Positions 29,701-38,267 of a stretch of DNA of 64,000 nucleotides are shown here, piece after piece. Position 1 is the first letter of the stretch; every line of letters begins with the position of its first letter. The notes under the pieces were generated by a model, which searched no databases, had not been told where the DNA came from, and was given only the letters and a program-made list of their open reading frames with translations. The DNA comes from Oceanispirochaeta sp. (lineage in GTDB: Bacteria; Spirochaetota; Spirochaetia; DSM-2461), in contig CAXXXD010000002.1 in NCBI GenBank assembly GCA_963663385.2, forward strand, positions 1,792,001 through 1,856,000, in the 5' to 3' direction. Position numbers and translations under genes: made by a program.

Positions 29701-32700
29701 TTCAAATCCGCCTGTTTTTCCCGAAGATTGGCAATGTCGCTGGTTTTATCCGGGATGTGGGGGAGGGCGGCGGCCAGGATCATATCGTGTCCGCCGGACC
29801 GGGAGGTAAGGCTTTTCACACTGTCCATCATCTGTTTCAGGGTGGTGCCTTCCAGGGCGTCGGACACGATCTCCTGTACCGAACCCGCTTCCGTGGTCAT
29901 ATCCGGAATCAGGGCGAAATTGACCTGGCCGATCAGCCTGTCCGCTTCAAACCCCATATCACAGGCTAGGGATTCGGCCCCGGTGGATACGGCCGCTCTT
30001 GAACTCCTGTCCACCCATTCGTTCTTGTTGTATACCAGCTGCTGGTACCGGGCCTGCCAGAGAATCTCCTTTTTTTCGTACTCCCTCTGAAAGTCTCCCC
30101 GCCATTTCTCCCTTTTGCCTATCAGGCGTTCCATGGAGTTCTGCCACTGGGTTGTTCCCTCGGCTATCAGCTCGTCGGTCCGGTTCCGCCAGTAACTCTC
30201 CTGCCGGGAAATCTCCAGCAGACTGTTGTTAAGCTGATCGTAGCGCTCTTTTTTAACCACTTCCATCCGGCTGCTGAAGGCAGCCAGAAGGCTCTGGGCG
30301 TAATAGTTCAGATTATGGGCCTTCCCCTGAGCGGAGTAGGAGGCTGTTCCCGTATAGGCGTCCATCAGGCGGGAACTGTAATCTTCTGACGTGTACGCCG
30401 GGTTCTTATAGAGCTTTTCCGCCAGGGCTTTGTAAGCCGCCGCATCAAACTCGTCCGCATTCAAGCTGACCAGAAGTTTGTCGTAATCCGCAGCTCTGTC
30501 AGTCTCCAGATTTGCCTCGCGCACTGTGACAGTCTGTTCATTTGCGGCATTCAGGTTCCGCAGGTGGAGGAGCAGGCCGTCCAGAATCGTTGCATTACTG
30601 CCCTTAAAATTGCCGGCCATTGTATTGTAACTGCTGGTTAACAGGCTCTGTTCCGCCGTGTTCAGGGGGCGGCCGATCAGTTTTCCTATCAGATCGCCTG
30701 TGGTTGCCCCTGACAGGTTTCCGGAGCCGAGGTTTTCATTCAACTCGCTTTTGATCTGATCAATCTCTTTTTTCAGACTGTCCACTTCTATCAGGGCCAG
30801 AAGCTCTTCCGTAATATAAACGCCTCCCACATAGCCCTCTGCCGTTTCTTTCAGATTATGCCGCTCCTCTTTTATATACTTTCCTGTGGGAGTGTAGTTT
30901 CCGAAAATATCTTTATGCCTATTCTGCTCTTTTTTGGCAGCCTTGTTAAACTCTTCCCAGGCCAGATAGGAGAGATCCATGGACAGGGTTGTTTTAAAGT
31001 GACTATTCAATACTCCCGCCTGCATCATAAACTTGTAAAAATCATACATCTTTTTCTTTTGGGCATCTGATACAATGGCATTATAGTCGGCGGCTGTTTC
31101 CTCTTTCAGCCACTCTTCAGGAGTCAGAAGAACCTTTTTGATCGTGCCATTACTGTTGTAAAGTACTTCGACTTTTTCCGTATAGCCACCAGCCAGGTAT
31201 TTATCAATATCCCCCTTATACCCGATATGGCAGCTTCTAAAGAAATCCCCTTGCTTATCCAGCAGGTGAATATGCTGCCTATTCTCAAAAAGGGCGACCG
31301 TGTACCGGGAATCCCGGCTTTCGGGGGATAAATACTGAAAGGCCTCATGGTAGAGGGCGAAGGAGAAACTTTTCAGCAGTTCTGCCGTATTACCTCCGTA
31401 ACTCTGAAGGCTCTGTGCCCAGAGTATCATATCCCGGGAGCAAATCTCTTCAGAATTCTCCTGTGAGAAATAGTTGTTAATTTGAGTGTTCTGCTCCTCT
31501 TCTGTCATAGCGCGGAAATTGCTTATACCGGAAAAATCACTCATCCCCTGATTCACAAAGCTGTCATCCCAGGTCAGTTTGTTTCCAATCCTGGACAGAT
31601 CGAAAATAGTATTAAGCTGATCCTCCATCTCATCGGTGGATTTGCTGATCAAACCTTCCTGCCTGTCCAGCAGCCTTTGCAGCTCCGTCTGGGCGCTGAT
31701 TACCATATTCTGCAGGTTCCTGTGCTTTGCAGAGGCATTGACCGCGTTCTGCCAGGCTGTATCACGCTGGGATTCTGTGGCGCCTGTTGCCTTTATATTT
31801 TCCAGAACCTCAAGGGCTTTTGTCACATTGTCATAGGCCTCTTTTCTTTCGTCCCGGATACTGTATATATCCAGGGTTTCAGGTCTGTAGGCGCACTGGG
31901 CGTAGTCCAGAATCTCTTTTGCTGTCTGCAGCTTGTTCTGTTTATCCTTATACAGGGCAAAAGAGGTGTCCAGGTTGTTCTGGGCCGTTCTGTAGGCATT
32001 TACTACCGTATTAAAAGCGCCCAGGGCATTCCGGTAAGCTGTATTTTCATGTTCAAATACCTCAATGGCCGCATTGAGCAGATCCCTGTCCCGGTCTACT
32101 GTATCCTCTTTGTATTTGCGAAACCCGAGTTTCAGGTTCTCCTTGTCTGCCTCATATTTGGCCTTATTGTTATAGTTGCTTATATAGGTAATTGTTCCGT
32201 TATAAATCTTTCCATACAGTTCTTCCGGGGTCTCCTCCGGAGCAGAGGGATCTTCTGCTGCCAATAGCAGGGAGAAGGCGGTCCTGATTTGAGATGTCGT
32301 ATAGGCCAGTTCTTCCGCCTTATCAACATAGTTCTCCGGAAGTTCAGAATAGGTTGCCAGAAGAAACCTGTTCTTTTTTTCTGTTCGGAGAGCCATCAGG
32401 GTTTCCCTATGGCGATTCCCCAGGGACATTCCTGCTTCCAGTAAAAGGTTCCCATGGCCCTTGTAGAGGGCTTTGATATAGGCCCTCTCCATAAAATCCG
32501 CATCCGGAGAGAGGCGGCTGATAAACTCATCCAGAGTCTCCTCCGTATAGCTGCTGTAGGAGGCCAGATAGCTGTAGTCCGCAGGAGTATAAATATACTG
32601 TTCCAGATCGCTTATTACGGATATCTCGTCCATTGAGAAGAGGGGCTCAACCGGGTTCCCTTCCTCATCCGTTTCTGATGTAGATACCAGAAGGAACTCC

Positions 32701-35700
32701 TGCCAGATCTCCTCTTCCGTTTTCATAACCGGATTATCATCCTCATCAAGCAGAGGATTTCCCTCTTCATCCAGTCTGGGTTCATCCTCCGCCTCCATAC
32801 GGAAATCCTCCCATTTTATACGAATATCCGGGAGCCTTTCATACAGGTCCATTTCCGCCAGTTCATCCGTGTAGCCAGCGTCAGACAGAATAGACATAGA
32901 GTTATTTGAAAGGGGATTTATATCCAGAAAACCCTGATCTCTCTCCCATGCTTCAAGCCGGGCGGCCATTTCAAGCCGGTTTGCTTCATCCCCCTGGATA
33001 GAGGAGGAAAATCTCAGGCGGATGTACCGGTCCAGCAGAAGCTGCAGGGATGAAGAGAGGGGCGACCAGTCCGGACGGGATGAGAGCCAGTCCGTCAGAT
33101 CATCCAGGTTATCGATCGTCAGGATCGCGGTATCGGGGCTGTTTGACTGCAGGTAGATCTTATCCTGGGCCGGAGAGAAGCGGCTGTAGACAGCCCAGGC
33201 CGTTTCTTTCTGCCTGGCCGATTCCAAACTGTCGATCTCATGGCTCAGAAAGAGGTCCGCAGCTTCAAACAGGGGAAGGGAGGAGGTATCCTCTCCGCTG
33301 ATCAGACGGAGCCAGTAAAGGGTTTCGCTGTCATCCTTAACGGTGTTCCACAGATCGATCCTGTCCCGGCCGCCTCCTGTCAGAGTCGTGAGCCCGGATA
33401 TCAGATTATCCAGCCCTGCCAATGATGTAGGGGTGGGAACGCTGTATCCTGTATTCAGCAGATACGCCGCATATTCACTGTAGGGGTGGGGTTCCTCTCC
33501 CTCCGCCGGTTCCGGCAGGCTGCCTGTTTTTATCAGATCCAGAACGTCCCGGATAAACCCGGCCCTGGCCAGATCGTAACGGTTACGGGCGGTCCGGGTC
33601 TCTTCCTTCAGCTGCTCTCTCAGAGCCCCGGAGTTTTCACCCGGTTCAAAGGTGCTTTTTTCAAGCCAGAGGCAGGATGACTGATTGTAATCGATTTTGC
33701 TTTGCCAGGTCTGTTCAAGCCGAAAGAGGGCCAGCTTCAGTTTAAGAACTTCCGACCCGTCGGTTGCATCCTCGCCTTCCTCCGTTTGTTTAAAGCAGTC
33801 CCTGTACAGCTGTGTCAGTGAGGCATAGGTCTCTTCTATCCATTTTCTGTTATCCGGATCAGTATCTTCCGATTCTTCCACATAACCGGCGGTAATCAGC
33901 TGTGTTTCCCAGTCTGTCATGTCCTCCGTTGCCAGGTTAGGCTGAAGAGCCGTTACCGCATCCCGCTTCTCCTGAAGCTCGGTCAGATCCGCCTCATTAT
34001 CAAACTCCGTAATGGTCTCTTCTCCCCGCAGGTCCCGCAGCAGTTTCTCCCGCTCTTCCCGGGCTCCCGTACGCCTCTCCCATTCGGCGGCGGCCAGGTA
34101 GTTCTCATAAAGGCTGTCCCGGTCGCCTGCTGTTCCGTTTGCTCCCAGCCAGGATTGTATTTCAACGGCCAGGTTTGCAATGGCATTATCCAGAATCTCC
34201 GTATCCTTGCCGTTGTAAATGGCTGTGGAGGTATCGTAGTTCTCCTGGGCGGTGGCCATGGCTTCCCGGGCTGCCGCCAGAGCATCCCGGTCTTTATTGA
34301 GTATCTGCTGCTGATCCTTCAGGGCTTCCCGGGCTTCTTCCAGGGCCTGAATCGCTGTATTATATTCTGTTTCGGCATTGCTTAATTCCTGATCGGCTTC
34401 GTTGTAAATCTTCTCTGATTCTGCTTCGGTGGGCCGCTCGGAAGTGTCGGTTTCCGCGTAGGTTATGACAGCTTCCGATATCCGCCACTGCAGGTAGAGG
34501 TTGTTGGACAGTACCTTTAAACGGTCAATTTCATTTTGGAGGGACCCCGCGGAAACGCTGCTGTCATAGTTCATGGCTTCGCTTTTCAGAGAAAGGAGCA
34601 TGGTCTGGGCTGCATCCATCTGTTCCTGAAAGGACTCCTTCAAAGACAGCCAGCCGGGGAGTTCCAGTTTATAGGGGGATTGCAGGTTTGTCAGTCTGTC
34701 ATGCTCTGCCTGTATTTCAGCTTTTGTTGCCACAAGAGTCTCTTTCTGGGCTATTAGCACTGTCAACTGATCGCTCAATTCCTTAAAATCTTCGAGATAG
34801 ACCAGAATTTCAAGAGAATCCAGAGGTGACATAATTTCCCTTAATTCTTCCATTTCCAGCTGCGTATTGGCTATTTCGGTATTTTTACTGTTAATCAGGG
34901 CGTTGTAATTTGCCAGGGATGATCGGAGAGGGATCAGATCATCCTCATAAAAAGCAACTTTATCTGTGTAGAAGGTAATATTGTCCTCTGCCGATTCCAG
35001 CATGGCTGCGCTTTCATTAAATATGGTTAGAATGCTCTGAACCTGGTTGGAAAATTTTATCTCCTGTTCCTGGGCCGCCTTTTCCAGATCCCGGCTCAAC
35101 AGGGCGTACTGTTCCTTGAAATTCTCCTTTTTACCGGCCCACAGGGTCTTGCCTTTTTCCAGTTCCAGGCTGATCTCCCTGATCCATTCCTTCCTCCTCC
35201 GGGAGAAGGTTTCAAAAGCCTGGTCCCAGGACTGTTCCGCCGCCAGATATCTGGTTTCAAGCCGGAGCTCCCAGTCTATCCGTTCGGCCATCAGGGCCTT
35301 TTCCGCCCGATCCCACTTTTCCAGTCCCGACTCGAACTCCCGGCGAAAACTCTCGTCCCATTCCTCAATGGAAAAAACAGCCTCTTCCACCGAAGCTTTC
35401 TGCCAATCCTCCATATCCTTTTTCAGGGCGTCTTCGGTGGATTCAAGTTCATCCCGGGTTTCCTTCAGCAGGTTCTCCGTAATAGCCATGGCCGTATCAT
35501 CTTCGCTCTTTTTCCTGAGAGAATAGTTATCCTTTTCTCTCATATATTGGAATTGGCTGAGACTGAAACAGATCAGCTGGTCCATTTCTCTTTCTATGGT
35601 ATTCCTGTAATCTTTCAGATAGACAGCAGCCTTCTGTTGTATGGACTCCAGGGAAGAGAGGGATACTTCATTTTTTAGGGATGTCAGCATCATTTCTGCA

Positions 35701-36071
35701 GAAAAAGTCCATTTGGCAAGTATCTCATCTTTGCAGCTGTCGGCCTTTTGCTTAAGTGCTTCCCTGTCTGATTGAATCTCCGCAGAATTTCCGGATTGTA
35801 TTATTGGATCTCCCGCGTTATCGAAGAGTATCCTGTCATCCTGGATCAAATAGGTATACTCTTCTTCCCATTTATTGAGAGACTGGATAAGAACCGACAG
35901 ATCTGCCTGTTCCATATTTATGTGCAGGTAGTGATTAATACTGCTCTCCGTCAGTTCCGGATGACTGTCCCCGGACAGGGAATCCACAGGGGTCAGGTCA
36001 TCCTGTCCGCTCCATAAAAGGAAAGGGAGAAGCAGTAGAATAAAAACAGCCGGGATGATCCGTTTCTGCAT
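26751..36071 (-). CDS. Giant (~3,100 aa) secreted coiled-coil protein with C-terminal papain-like domain; putative polymorphic toxin
   Basis: Uninterrupted 9.3-kb ORF; Sec signal MQKRIIPAVFILLLLPFLLWS; alternative GTG start at 36104 with AAGGAG; function inferred. Confidence 0.8.
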   Translation of the reverse strand: MQKRIIPAVFILLLLPFLLWSGQDDLTPVDSLSGDSHPELTESSINHYLHINMEQADLSVLIQSLNKWEEEYTYLIQDDRILFDNAGDPIIQSGNSAEIQSDREALKQKADSCKDEILAKWTFSAEMMLTSLKNEVSLSSLESIQQKAAVYLKDYRNTIEREMDQLICFSLSQFQYMREKDNYSLRKKSEDDTAMAITENLLKETRDELESTEDALKKDMEDWQKASVEEAVFSIEEWDESFRREFESGLEKWDRAEKALMAERIDWELRLETRYLAAEQSWDQAFETFSRRRKEWIREISLELEKGKTLWAGKKENFKEQYALLSRDLEKAAQEQEIKFSNQVQSILTIFNESAAMLESAEDNITFYTDKVAFYEDDLIPLRSSLANYNALINSKNTEIANTQLEMEELREIMSPLDSLEILVYLEDFKELSDQLTVLIAQKETLVATKAEIQAEHDRLTNLQSPYKLELPGWLSLKESFQEQMDAAQTMLLSLKSEAMNYDSSVSAGSLQNEIDRLKVLSNNLYLQWRISEAVITYAETDTSERPTEAESEKIYNEADQELSNAETEYNTAIQALEEAREALKDQQQILNKDRDALAAAREAMATAQENYDTSTAIYNGKDTEILDNAIANLAVEIQSWLGANGTAGDRDSLYENYLAAAEWERRTGAREEREKLLRDLRGEETITEFDNEADLTELQEKRDAVTALQPNLATEDMTDWETQLITAGYVEESEDTDPDNRKWIEETYASLTQLYRDCFKQTEEGEDATDGSEVLKLKLALFRLEQTWQSKIDYNQSSCLWLEKSTFEPGENSGALREQLKEETRTARNRYDLARAGFIRDVLDLIKTGSLPEPAEGEEPHPYSEYAAYLLNTGYSVPTPTSLAGLDNLISGLTTLTGGGRDRIDLWNTVKDDSETLYWLRLISGEDTSSLPLFEAADLFLSHEIDSLESARQKETAWAVYSRFSPAQDKIYLQSNSPDTAILTIDNLDDLTDWLSSRPDWSPLSSSLQLLLDRYIRLRFSSSIQGDEANRLEMAARLEAWERDQGFLDINPLSNNSMSILSDAGYTDELAEMDLYERLPDIRIKWEDFRMEAEDEPRLDEEGNPLLDEDDNPVMKTEEEIWQEFLLVSTSETDEEGNPVEPLFSMDEISVISDLEQYIYTPADYSYLASYSSYTEETLDEFISRLSPDADFMERAYIKALYKGHGNLLLEAGMSLGNRHRETLMALRTEKKNRFLLATYSELPENYVDKAEELAYTTSQIRTAFSLLLAAEDPSAPEETPEELYGKIYNGTITYISNYNNKAKYEADKENLKLGFRKYKEDTVDRDRDLLNAAIEVFEHENTAYRNALGAFNTVVNAYRTAQNNLDTSFALYKDKQNKLQTAKEILDYAQCAYRPETLDIYSIRDERKEAYDNVTKALEVLENIKATGATESQRDTAWQNAVNASAKHRNLQNMVISAQTELQRLLDRQEGLISKSTDEMEDQLNTIFDLSRIGNKLTWDDSFVNQGMSDFSGISNFRAMTEEEQNTQINNYFSQENSEEICSRDMILWAQSLQSYGGNTAELLKSFSFALYHEAFQYLSPESRDSRYTVALFENRQHIHLLDKQGDFFRSCHIGYKGDIDKYLAGGYTEKVEVLYNSNGTIKKVLLTPEEWLKEETAADYNAIVSDAQKKKMYDFYKFMMQAGVLNSHFKTTLSMDLSYLAWEEFNKAAKKEQNRHKDIFGNYTPTGKYIKEERHNLKETAEGYVGGVYITEELLALIEVDSLKKEIDQIKSELNENLGSGNLSGATTGDLIGKLIGRPLNTAEQSLLTSSYNTMAGNFKGSNATILDGLLLHLRNLNAANEQTVTVREANLETDRAADYDKLLVSLNADEFDAAAYKALAEKLYKNPAYTSEDYSSRLMDAYTGTASYSAQGKAHNLNYYAQSLLAAFSSRMEVVKKERYDQLNNSLLEISRQESYWRNRTDELIAEGTTQWQNSMERLIGKREKWRGDFQREYEKKEILWQARYQQLVYNKNEWVDRSSRAAVSTGAESLACDMGFEADRLIGQVNFALIPDMTTEAGSVQEIVSDALEGTTLKQMMDSVKSLTSRSGGHDMILAAALPHIPDKTSDIANLREKQADLKEDLQKALATAQALQMAELIDEMEEGIDDSIDDANKGVDDSVTNTMNNAGYVRYGDTYTRRTIIDSSLMGGPESETQEVGVYNDFIAPDFDHGVDLSQASLEKLNSTLINVKVKKAQENLENYIGLVFGQDEAETDGLDNEFLAHLEAQQEAFENSAQYNTGYYDENDIWQETGKHTTTSGLFYFHVGYAPEMEEDDPEDVETEGYGEMGRIYKDYLIQQARMQRGFATVDLPAYSQKIWDDDADNDGSSDSLLAAPTIRSLTDIALNIAFTAMAPGAGNVLAAALMSTAANMVDDALFTALDVQNGQMEAGDAWSGFARKGATSLATSVIGSSFNTGFGGEFKGLQNNPFIQNSVFASTGLKAVELTANMAVSNGINAIEWDNGLDFNQKGFCKSFEGTDAWTGVIAGTAEHFARTSFQTGVLGNAFTMKNQTALKDSGWGSMAYNVGAIGNMAGSVTRGLTEYAMTGNTTVNVLDFSMFGLKNSDNAAYHGGLLELNLGNNGLSSRIGSGGIKADYSTFASFVEGMYVLGSERSIQKNVEAFTDNVNKYAADKQTAEDMARLNRMQRAYGNIAAKRQAASMMHLDTELRFDQDVDGKAETVLENGNRVVFLNNGVNMNDMASVVDTLVTLNHEAHRDGDISSDYSQKMETRQAVKGHITTLDKLMGDYGSAIFNGNDELLKDYVSYKTGGNNYVDGAYDSSADYWRVVLDENGKVQQVLDDGDKQTLIFVDENGETQTIRRANGSLSGQIAAITAGFQTGNDKQSKSDINSIMMKSGLDYNKDKGGWYSETEIAKYHGSGYDPIYLAIRNGNYSYLDNLGRNSETDISQEMVEEALGLDEHSACAITASAEYANNYFQEKYGVSLGPDELIDVLRNAQGEMFNNDSEVLSYNGLNAMIGDKLGIDNYPLFETTYESYEALQNADINSYMEKYIDVNDSEHTHFASWSNGVYDDPYTTYQEYKWWENAAAFNSNYYSFKPKF

Positions 36072-36198
36072 GGCAGGCCTCTTTATGTAAAAAGTTTTTA
36101 CCACTTCTACTCCTTAAAAAGGAACGGAAATTCAAAACTATGGAAAAAATCTATTTTTTTTTTTGAAGCAGAAAGATAAAAATCATTCTGTATGAGGT

Positions 36199-36861
36199 AT
36201 GAATAGTCGCTTACAAATATTCTGTATAATTATCCTTCTGATTTCTACGGTTTCCTGTGAAAGGGATGAAACAGTTTCGCTGTCAGAAAAAATGGTATTG
36301 AAGTATATGACGGCTCAATCCCTTTATTACGGGGGGGACACGGAACCGGCTATTGGTATTCTCAAATCAGTTTATGATGAGAATCCCGGTTTTACCAGAA
36401 ATACCAGTCTCTACGCCAGGGCTCTCTATTATTCGGGTGATACGGAGAAAGCCGTTTCATTATGGGAGTCCATATGCTGTAAAGAGGCTTATCAGATTGA
36501 TGCGGTAAAACACCTATCCCGCTTTTATCTGGGAGAGGGAAGAACCGTGGAAGCAGAAGCGTTACTTTTACAGGCCCTGTCCTACTCCTCGGAAGATCCC
36601 GGGCTTCTCTATCTCCTGGCCGAAACCCGGATAGCGGCAGGGGCGTTAAGTGATGGTCTGACGCTTCTGGAGAAGGCCGCCGTTCTGTCTGAACGGGAGT
36701 GTGAAATCTATCTAAGACAGGCTTCGCTCTACCAGGAGTTCGGGTATTACGACAGGGCTGTTGAGGCTGTAGAAAAAAGCGCCTCTCTCCTCAATAAGGA
36801 TCACCCCCTTTTTCCTTCTCTAACAGCCCTTCGGGCAAAGCTCACAGCAGAAATCCCCTGA
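36199..36861 (+). CDS. TPR-repeat lipoprotein
   Basis: IIILLISTVSC lipobox; TPR-like helices (YARALYYSGDTEKA, LYLLAETRIAAG, YQEFGYYDRA). Confidence 0.8.
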   Translation: MNSRLQIFCIIILLISTVSCERDETVSLSEKMVLKYMTAQSLYYGGDTEPAIGILKSVYDENPGFTRNTSLYARALYYSGDTEKAVSLWESICCKEAYQIDAVKHLSRFYLGEGRTVEAEALLLQALSYSSEDPGLLYLLAETRIAAGALSDGLTLLEKAAVLSERECEIYLRQASLYQEFGYYDRAVEAVEKSASLLNKDHPLFPSLTALRAKLTAEIP

Positions 36862-36962
36862 GTTTTAAGAAATTCAAATTTACTGATCCTGTTTTTGTGT
36901 TTATTATTAGTGATAAAGATTCCTGCGGGGAAGAAATTATCGGGAAGGCGGTTTGCTGTAGA

Positions 36963-38042
36963 ATGACAAATTCACTGATTATCGTTCATATTCTTATTCT
37001 GCTTCTGGTTATAACCATATTTTCTTTTCTGATTATCAGGAATTCAAGGAGCTGTAAAAGCTGCCGGAAACTGAAAGAGGAATTCAGGATACTGGAACGT
37101 AAAAACCTGGAGCTTAATAACCTTTCCATGACAGACACTCTTACTGGATTGATGAACCGGCGGGCAATCGAGCCTATAATTCACAATGAGATAAATAGAA
37201 CAAACCGATATAACTCCCCCGTCAGTCTCCTGATTCTGGATCTGGATCATTTTAAACAGGTTAATGACAATTACGGACATGATTTCGGTGATAAAGTACT
37301 GACACATGTAGCACAAACGATAAAAGGAATCTGTCGTAAAACCGACAGTATTTCCCGATGGGGCGGGGAGGAGTTCCTCGTCCTTGCCCCTGATACCACA
37401 GCAGCCAATGCATTTTACCTCTCTGAAAAAATACGACGGCAGATTGAAAGTTCCCATGTGGATACCCTTGATGATCTGACGGTGAGTATAGGTGCCAGTT
37501 CCCATCATAAAGGAGAGAGTTTTCAGGACTGGTTTAACAGAACCGATACGGCTCTGTATTATGCCAAGGATGAAGGGCGAAACCGGGTTATCATACACCC
37601 CGATGACAATGTGGTAGAGAAGAGCAGGGGGATGATCCAGAGTATTCTGCGTCTGGAGTGGAAGAACCGCTACTCTTCCGGTATCGATCTGATTGATGAA
37701 CAGCATCAGGAGATGTTCCATTATGCCAATCTATTAATCGATACGGTACTGAATAATGCCGGGAATGAAGCTGTACTGGAATCGCTTATGGTGATGCTGG
37801 CTGTTATTAAGGAACATTTCAAAAACGAAGAAGCCACCCTTCTGGAATACAGCTTTCCCCAATTGAAGGATCATGCGCAGGGGCACAGGAAACTGATTCT
37901 CCGTATGAATGATCTTATTCTGCTCTTTCAGGAAGGGGATGTCGACTCAATCGAACTACTGCATTTTATAGCCCAGGAACTGATATTTTCGCATCTGCTA
38001 AATGAGGATAAGGGCTATTTTTTCATAAATAAAAGGAAATAA
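36963..38042 (+). CDS. Membrane-anchored diguanylate cyclase with C-terminal bacteriohemerythrin
   Basis: DTLTGLMNRR, DLDHFKQVND, RKTD I-site, RWGGEEF; hemerythrin IDEQH..HFKNEE..HAQGH..HLLNED. Confidence 0.92.
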   Translation: MTNSLIIVHILILLLVITIFSFLIIRNSRSCKSCRKLKEEFRILERKNLELNNLSMTDTLTGLMNRRAIEPIIHNEINRTNRYNSPVSLLILDLDHFKQVNDNYGHDFGDKVLTHVAQTIKGICRKTDSISRWGGEEFLVLAPDTTAANAFYLSEKIRRQIESSHVDTLDDLTVSIGASSHHKGESFQDWFNRTDTALYYAKDEGRNRVIIHPDDNVVEKSRGMIQSILRLEWKNRYSSGIDLIDEQHQEMFHYANLLIDTVLNNAGNEAVLESLMVMLAVIKEHFKNEEATLLEYSFPQLKDHAQGHRKLILRMNDLILLFQEGDVDSIELLHFIAQELIFSHLLNEDKGYFFINKRK

Positions 38043-38057
38043 TTTCTGTACAATTTT

Positions 38058-38174
38058 TCATCTGCTATATAAACGGAACCTGTCTCCCGGTGAGAATGTC
38101 CCTTCCTGAATCATACAGCTGATCTGCCCAATCACATAATCGGCCGGATCCAGCTGTTCTGAAATTGATGGCAT
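38058..38174 (-). pseudogene. Truncated GntR/FadR-type HTH N-terminus (38 aa)
   Basis: MPSISEQLDPADYVIGQISCMIQEGTFSPGDRFRLYSR*; matches the GntR 'I..G.f.PGD(r)L' start; AAGGA RBS. Confidence 0.5.
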
Positions 38175-38267
38175 CAAAAAAAATCCTTAATATATGGCTA
38201 ATTTAAGGATTATATTTTAACCTGAAAGAGGGAAAATATATAGATACGTTTTTAGGAGCATAAGAAA

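Noticed and set aside
36915..36962. c-di-GMP riboswitch before the diguanylate cyclase
   Set aside because: No GEMM two-stem/GNRA consensus on the coding strand
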